From assembly GCA_958009085.1 (NCBI GenBank), contig OY253687.1:806001-870000 (forward strand): a stretch of DNA of 64,000 nt. Direction: 5' to 3'. Shown piece by piece: positions 58,853 through 64,000 of this stretch; the first letter of the stretch is position 1, and the number at the start of each line of letters is the position of its first letter. The position numbers and the translations under genes were made by a program. This DNA is from Protoeuglena noctilucae. Its lineage: Eukaryota. The notes under the pieces are model-generated. The model was given only the letters and a program-made list of their open reading frames with translations, was not told where the DNA came from and did not search any database.

Positions 58853-59668
58853 CTTCAACCCCTAGCCCCCCTAGCGGGGGCGACGAGGGCAGCGGGGGGG
58901 CTCGGACGCGCGATGGCGCGATCCGCCGGCCGCCTCCTCGTGGCGCCCTCTGGACACCGCGCCTCTATGGCCGGTGACGAAGAGCCGGTTCACAAAAAAT
59001 GGCGCGGTGGCGCGCAGTGCGGTGGTTTGGCCAAGGCGGAGGCTGGCGAGTTGGCGAGGGGGTGCGGTTGGGTGTTTTGCATGCATTCGCGACGGCTGAT
59101 GCGGTCGCATATCCCCTGGCAGGCGCCAGGCGGCAGCACGACGCGCTCGAGTTCTACTGGTCGGGACAAGCCGCGCCCCCGAGTCTAGGGGGGCTTTCGG
59201 GGCGCTGCGCACTGTGTGCGTGCAGAGGGACGGCAGGCTTTCGTGACGGGGACGCAGAGCGACCGGCGGGACGCGGGGACCGCGCCGGTGGGACGAGGGT
59301 GGGGTCCCTTGTTAGCATGGGGCAAAAGTGCTCTGCGCCGCGGCATTGGGGCTTGTCTCTGCTTCGTTGCTTCGTTGTTGTATTTGTACCCAGGAGCCCG
59401 CTCGCGTGGCATCCTGCGGTTGCTCGTCCCGGCAGGGGCGGCGGTTCGGCGAAGGGGCTAGGGGCGCTGGAGCCCGGGGCGGCGGCTCCATAGCCTTCGG
59501 GTGGGGGGACCTAGCGGGGGCGGGCCAAGTGCCATATGCACTGCGATCATGGAACCCCCGGGGTGCGGCAGCCCCGGGGGAAGGCGCCCCTGTCGCGCGG
59601 GCCTAGCTCGTGCGGCGAGGATCCTGATGGACCTCAGCACCCTCAGCTATTGAACTGCACATCATCAT
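58853..59668 (+). mobile_element. (CAT)n-tailed structured retroposon, diverged copy
   Basis: 59454-59668 aligns with 59859-60060 and with the reverse complement of 12256-12421. The 5' limit is inferred from the direct repeat CCCTAGCCCTT at 58842-58852 and 59669-59679. Confidence 0.6.
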
Positions 59669-59679
59669 CCCTAGCCCTT

Positions 59680-60060
59680 TGCAGCTGGGAGGAGGGTAGG
59701 GAGCGGGGGATGTTATGATTGGCCGCACATAAGCTACACAGATCGTCATTAGCCTCGGCCTCACCTTTTGTAATAGACGCCCGGGGGTCTCCACGGAGGG
59801 CCCCCGTGGCTGCATCGTCCCACTATGGGACGGCGATTCTGCCTTAGGGCGCAGCGAGGGGGCTAGGGGTGCAAGAACCCGGGGTGGGCGACCCCTTTGC
59901 CTTCGGGTGGGGCGACCTAGCGGGGGCGGGTCTTAGTGCCAATGCACTGCGACGATGGAAACCCCGGGGGGTTCCCCTGCCTCGGGGGACGGCACTTCTG
60001 CCGAAAGGCGTGGCTCTGAGAGTCATAGCACCCCTCGACTGTTGAATTGCTCATCATCAT
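59680..60060 (+). mobile_element. (CAT)n-tailed structured retroposon, copy closest to the CCDC96-intron insertion
   Basis: 59895-60060 is near-identical to the reverse complement of 12256-12421 and ends TTGAATTGCTCATCATCAT. The 5' limit is uncertain. Confidence 0.75.
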
Positions 60061-60161
60061 CCTCACCCCTGCGGCGCAGCATCCCTTTCACCGCTACTGG
60101 CCGGCAGCCCTCAAGCTCGGCAGCTGCATTCATAGCCACCCCTCAGACCAGACGGCACTCC

Positions 60162-61377
60162 TCAGGCGCCACTCGCCCCCCCACCGCGGCGCTGGGCGTG
60201 CCTCTCCAGGACGTCCACCCCGCGCAGGTACTGCTTGGAGCGCTTGACCTCGACCCTGCGCGGCTCATGCGCCGACGCCTCCCCCGGCGCGTCCCCCGGC
60301 GCCGCCCTGGACCGGTGCTGCCGCCACTTGGCCAGCGTCTCCTGCAGCCGCGCACTGTGCGCCCGCTGCTCCTCCAGCGCCCTCTGCTGCGCCAGCGTCA
60401 CCGTGTCCAGCAGCGCCTGCTCGGCGCGCCACTGCGGGGGAGCGCGCGGGGAGATCGTCGGCAGCCGCGAGGGAGGCGAGCCGATAGCGTGTGCGACCCG
60501 CCCCACGCACCCGCGTCAGGCGGATGGGCTTGGAGGGCGGCTCTTCTGGCACTTGCTCGGACCACGTGGCGGGGTACGAGTACTTCTGAAACATCGCATA
60601 CGACGCCACGTCCCCGCGTTCCAGGAACTGCGGCAGAGAAGGTGCAGACGAGAGGCGTCGAGATGCATGCGCGCGGCTGCGGCGCGGGTCCCGGTGGGGG
60701 AAGGTGGAACCACCCCCATCACCTCCATGGCGCAGCTGTAGGGCGTCAAGGTCGGTCCCGGCGGCGGCTCGAACTGCACGGCCGGCCACGCCTGCCCCGG
60801 CTGCGTCGACACGTCGGTGAAGTGGTAGTCCCGGACGTCGGGGGACTCGAGGCCCAGCTGGGCCCAGTACGGGTGATGCAGCGGGACGGCGGAAGCCGCA
60901 CCGGCACCCGCACCGGCCCCGCTGGCCCCCGCCTCCCTCGACCTTGCCGCACGCGCCTCGGCCTCCCCCGCCGCCCCCTTGGACCCTTCCCCCAGCCCCG
61001 CCGCCATGGCGTCCCGCACAATCTGCGTTCAAGGCGTCGTCATTAAGCCATCCTCCCTGTCACCATCCGCGTGTGCTGCAGCTGCCACGCCCGCTCCCTC
61101 ACCCGCGCCGCGTCCTCGGCGCTCGACGACTGCATCAGCTGGCCCAGCAGCTTCTCGGTGGGCAGGGACTTGGGCGCGGTGGGCGTGGCCGCAACGGACC
61201 TGCGTGGACGGCAGACGAGAAGGGATGGTCCGTCCCTTCTCGGGGGGCTGTCCCCAACTCTGCCCCAGCGCGTCCCCGCCTGCGCGCTGCTCACGTCTGC
61301 ATCTGCCGTAGCTGGTCCAGCACGTCGCGCTCGACATGACCGAATCCCGCGGGAAGAACCGCGCCCCTCGAGCCCAT
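60162..61377 (-). CDS. Hypothetical multi-exon protein
   Basis: MGSRGAVLPAGFGHVERDVLDQLRQMQT|SVAAT...LQHTRM|IVRDAM...PLHHPYWAQLGLESPDVRDYHFTD...YSCAME|FLERGDVASYAMFQKYSYPATW...|WRAEQALLD...; consistent splice phases including a 41-nt intron at 61023-61063. Confidence 0.6.
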
Positions 61378-62082
61378 CGCGCGGGGCGAGGGCCGCGAAC
61401 AGCGCGCCTGCGCGTGCCGAGTCTAGCCCCGCTGCGTCGCCGCAGGGGACCCCGGGACGGGCTTCTGCCCCTCTACGCTATCAAGAGCTACAGGCGACCC
61501 CCAAAACAAACCCAGAGGCGCCCCCGCGCTGCTAGCCCATTGTCAACGACGCATGCAGGTGCGATGCGAGCTCCGCCGAGCCTGCCTGCGAGAGAGAGCC
61601 CGGGCGGCTGCACTTGCGGTCGCGTCACATAAGGCTGGCGAACGAGGGCCCCGGTGCCCATGGGACCGCACCCGGGTGCAAGAACCCCGGTGGTCGGGCC
61701 GCAAGAGCTCGTGGGCGCCCCGCGGGCCGGCAGCCATGAGGATCGCAGGCGCCCTCGTCGCAAACAACGTCCATCTGCGACTGTCGCCGACCCTCCTGAC
61801 CAGGTGCGGAGCAGATGCCGGGGTGCCGACCGCCGACGATGGATCGCCGCCCCTTTCGCGGGGATTCCGCGGCCCCGAAGATCTTCGATGCTGCAGCGCT
61901 CATTAGACGCGACGCTGGGTGGGGGAGGGGCCCGCAAGGGATCGCGGGGACCGATTGCTGTCCGGCGGTGGTTCTCGACCAGCCCGGGGCGCGATCCGGC
62001 CCGGGCCCCGCACGGCGCGGTTTCGATGAAGGAATTCGTCGATTCTCGGCGCAGGAAGCATAGCCCGCGGGCGCGCGCAGCC

Positions 62083-63984
<1,902 letters not shown>

Positions 63985-64000
63985 TGCGGAGGGGTGGCGG

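Noticed and set aside
59000..59020. 7SL/Alu-like head GGCGCGGTGGCGCG
   Set aside because: Short GC-only match with no continuation; expected by chance at this GC content.
61008..61063. Second bicistronic pair (ORF ending at 61043 followed by ATG at 61007)
   Set aside because: A 41-nt GT-AG intron (61023-61063) removes the stop and joins the frames (HTRM|IVRDAM). The upstream part also has several internal ATGs.

Overview
This is eukaryotic nuclear DNA from a very GC-rich, intron-containing, most likely flagellated green alga (inferred from a Chlamydomonas-type enolase, CCDC96/FAP184 and a plant-type kelch protein). Most ORFs in the supplied track are shadow frames, so gene models were rebuilt by eye from splice signals. 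Genes in order: plant-type kelch-repeat protein; a decayed lower-GC gene with a possible Cys-His-Asp triad; SRPBCC/polyketide-cyclase protein; CCDC96; a large disordered protein with a CENP-C-like motif; a coiled-coil protein; TRAPPC2L and ZSWIM7 only 8 nt apart; a hypothetical protein; two tandem prolyl 4-hydroxylases; a PAT1-like fragment cut by an N-gap; a 5'-incomplete midasin (about 22 kb); a lower-GC island; tRNA-Thr(AGT) with an orphan tRNA 3' half and a retroposon cluster; a hypothetical gene; enolase. The most notable observations are: (1) many degenerate copies ('echoes') of exon-intron junctions inside introns of the long genes; (2) a likely bicistronic TRAPPC2L-ZSWIM7 locus whose first ORF has no internal ATG in any frame; (3) a (CAT)n-tailed retroposon family whose substitutions keep UUCG/GNRA tetraloops; (4) frequent GC-AG introns and G-rich/C-rich intron ends. 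All identifications are from motif recognition; no searches were run.
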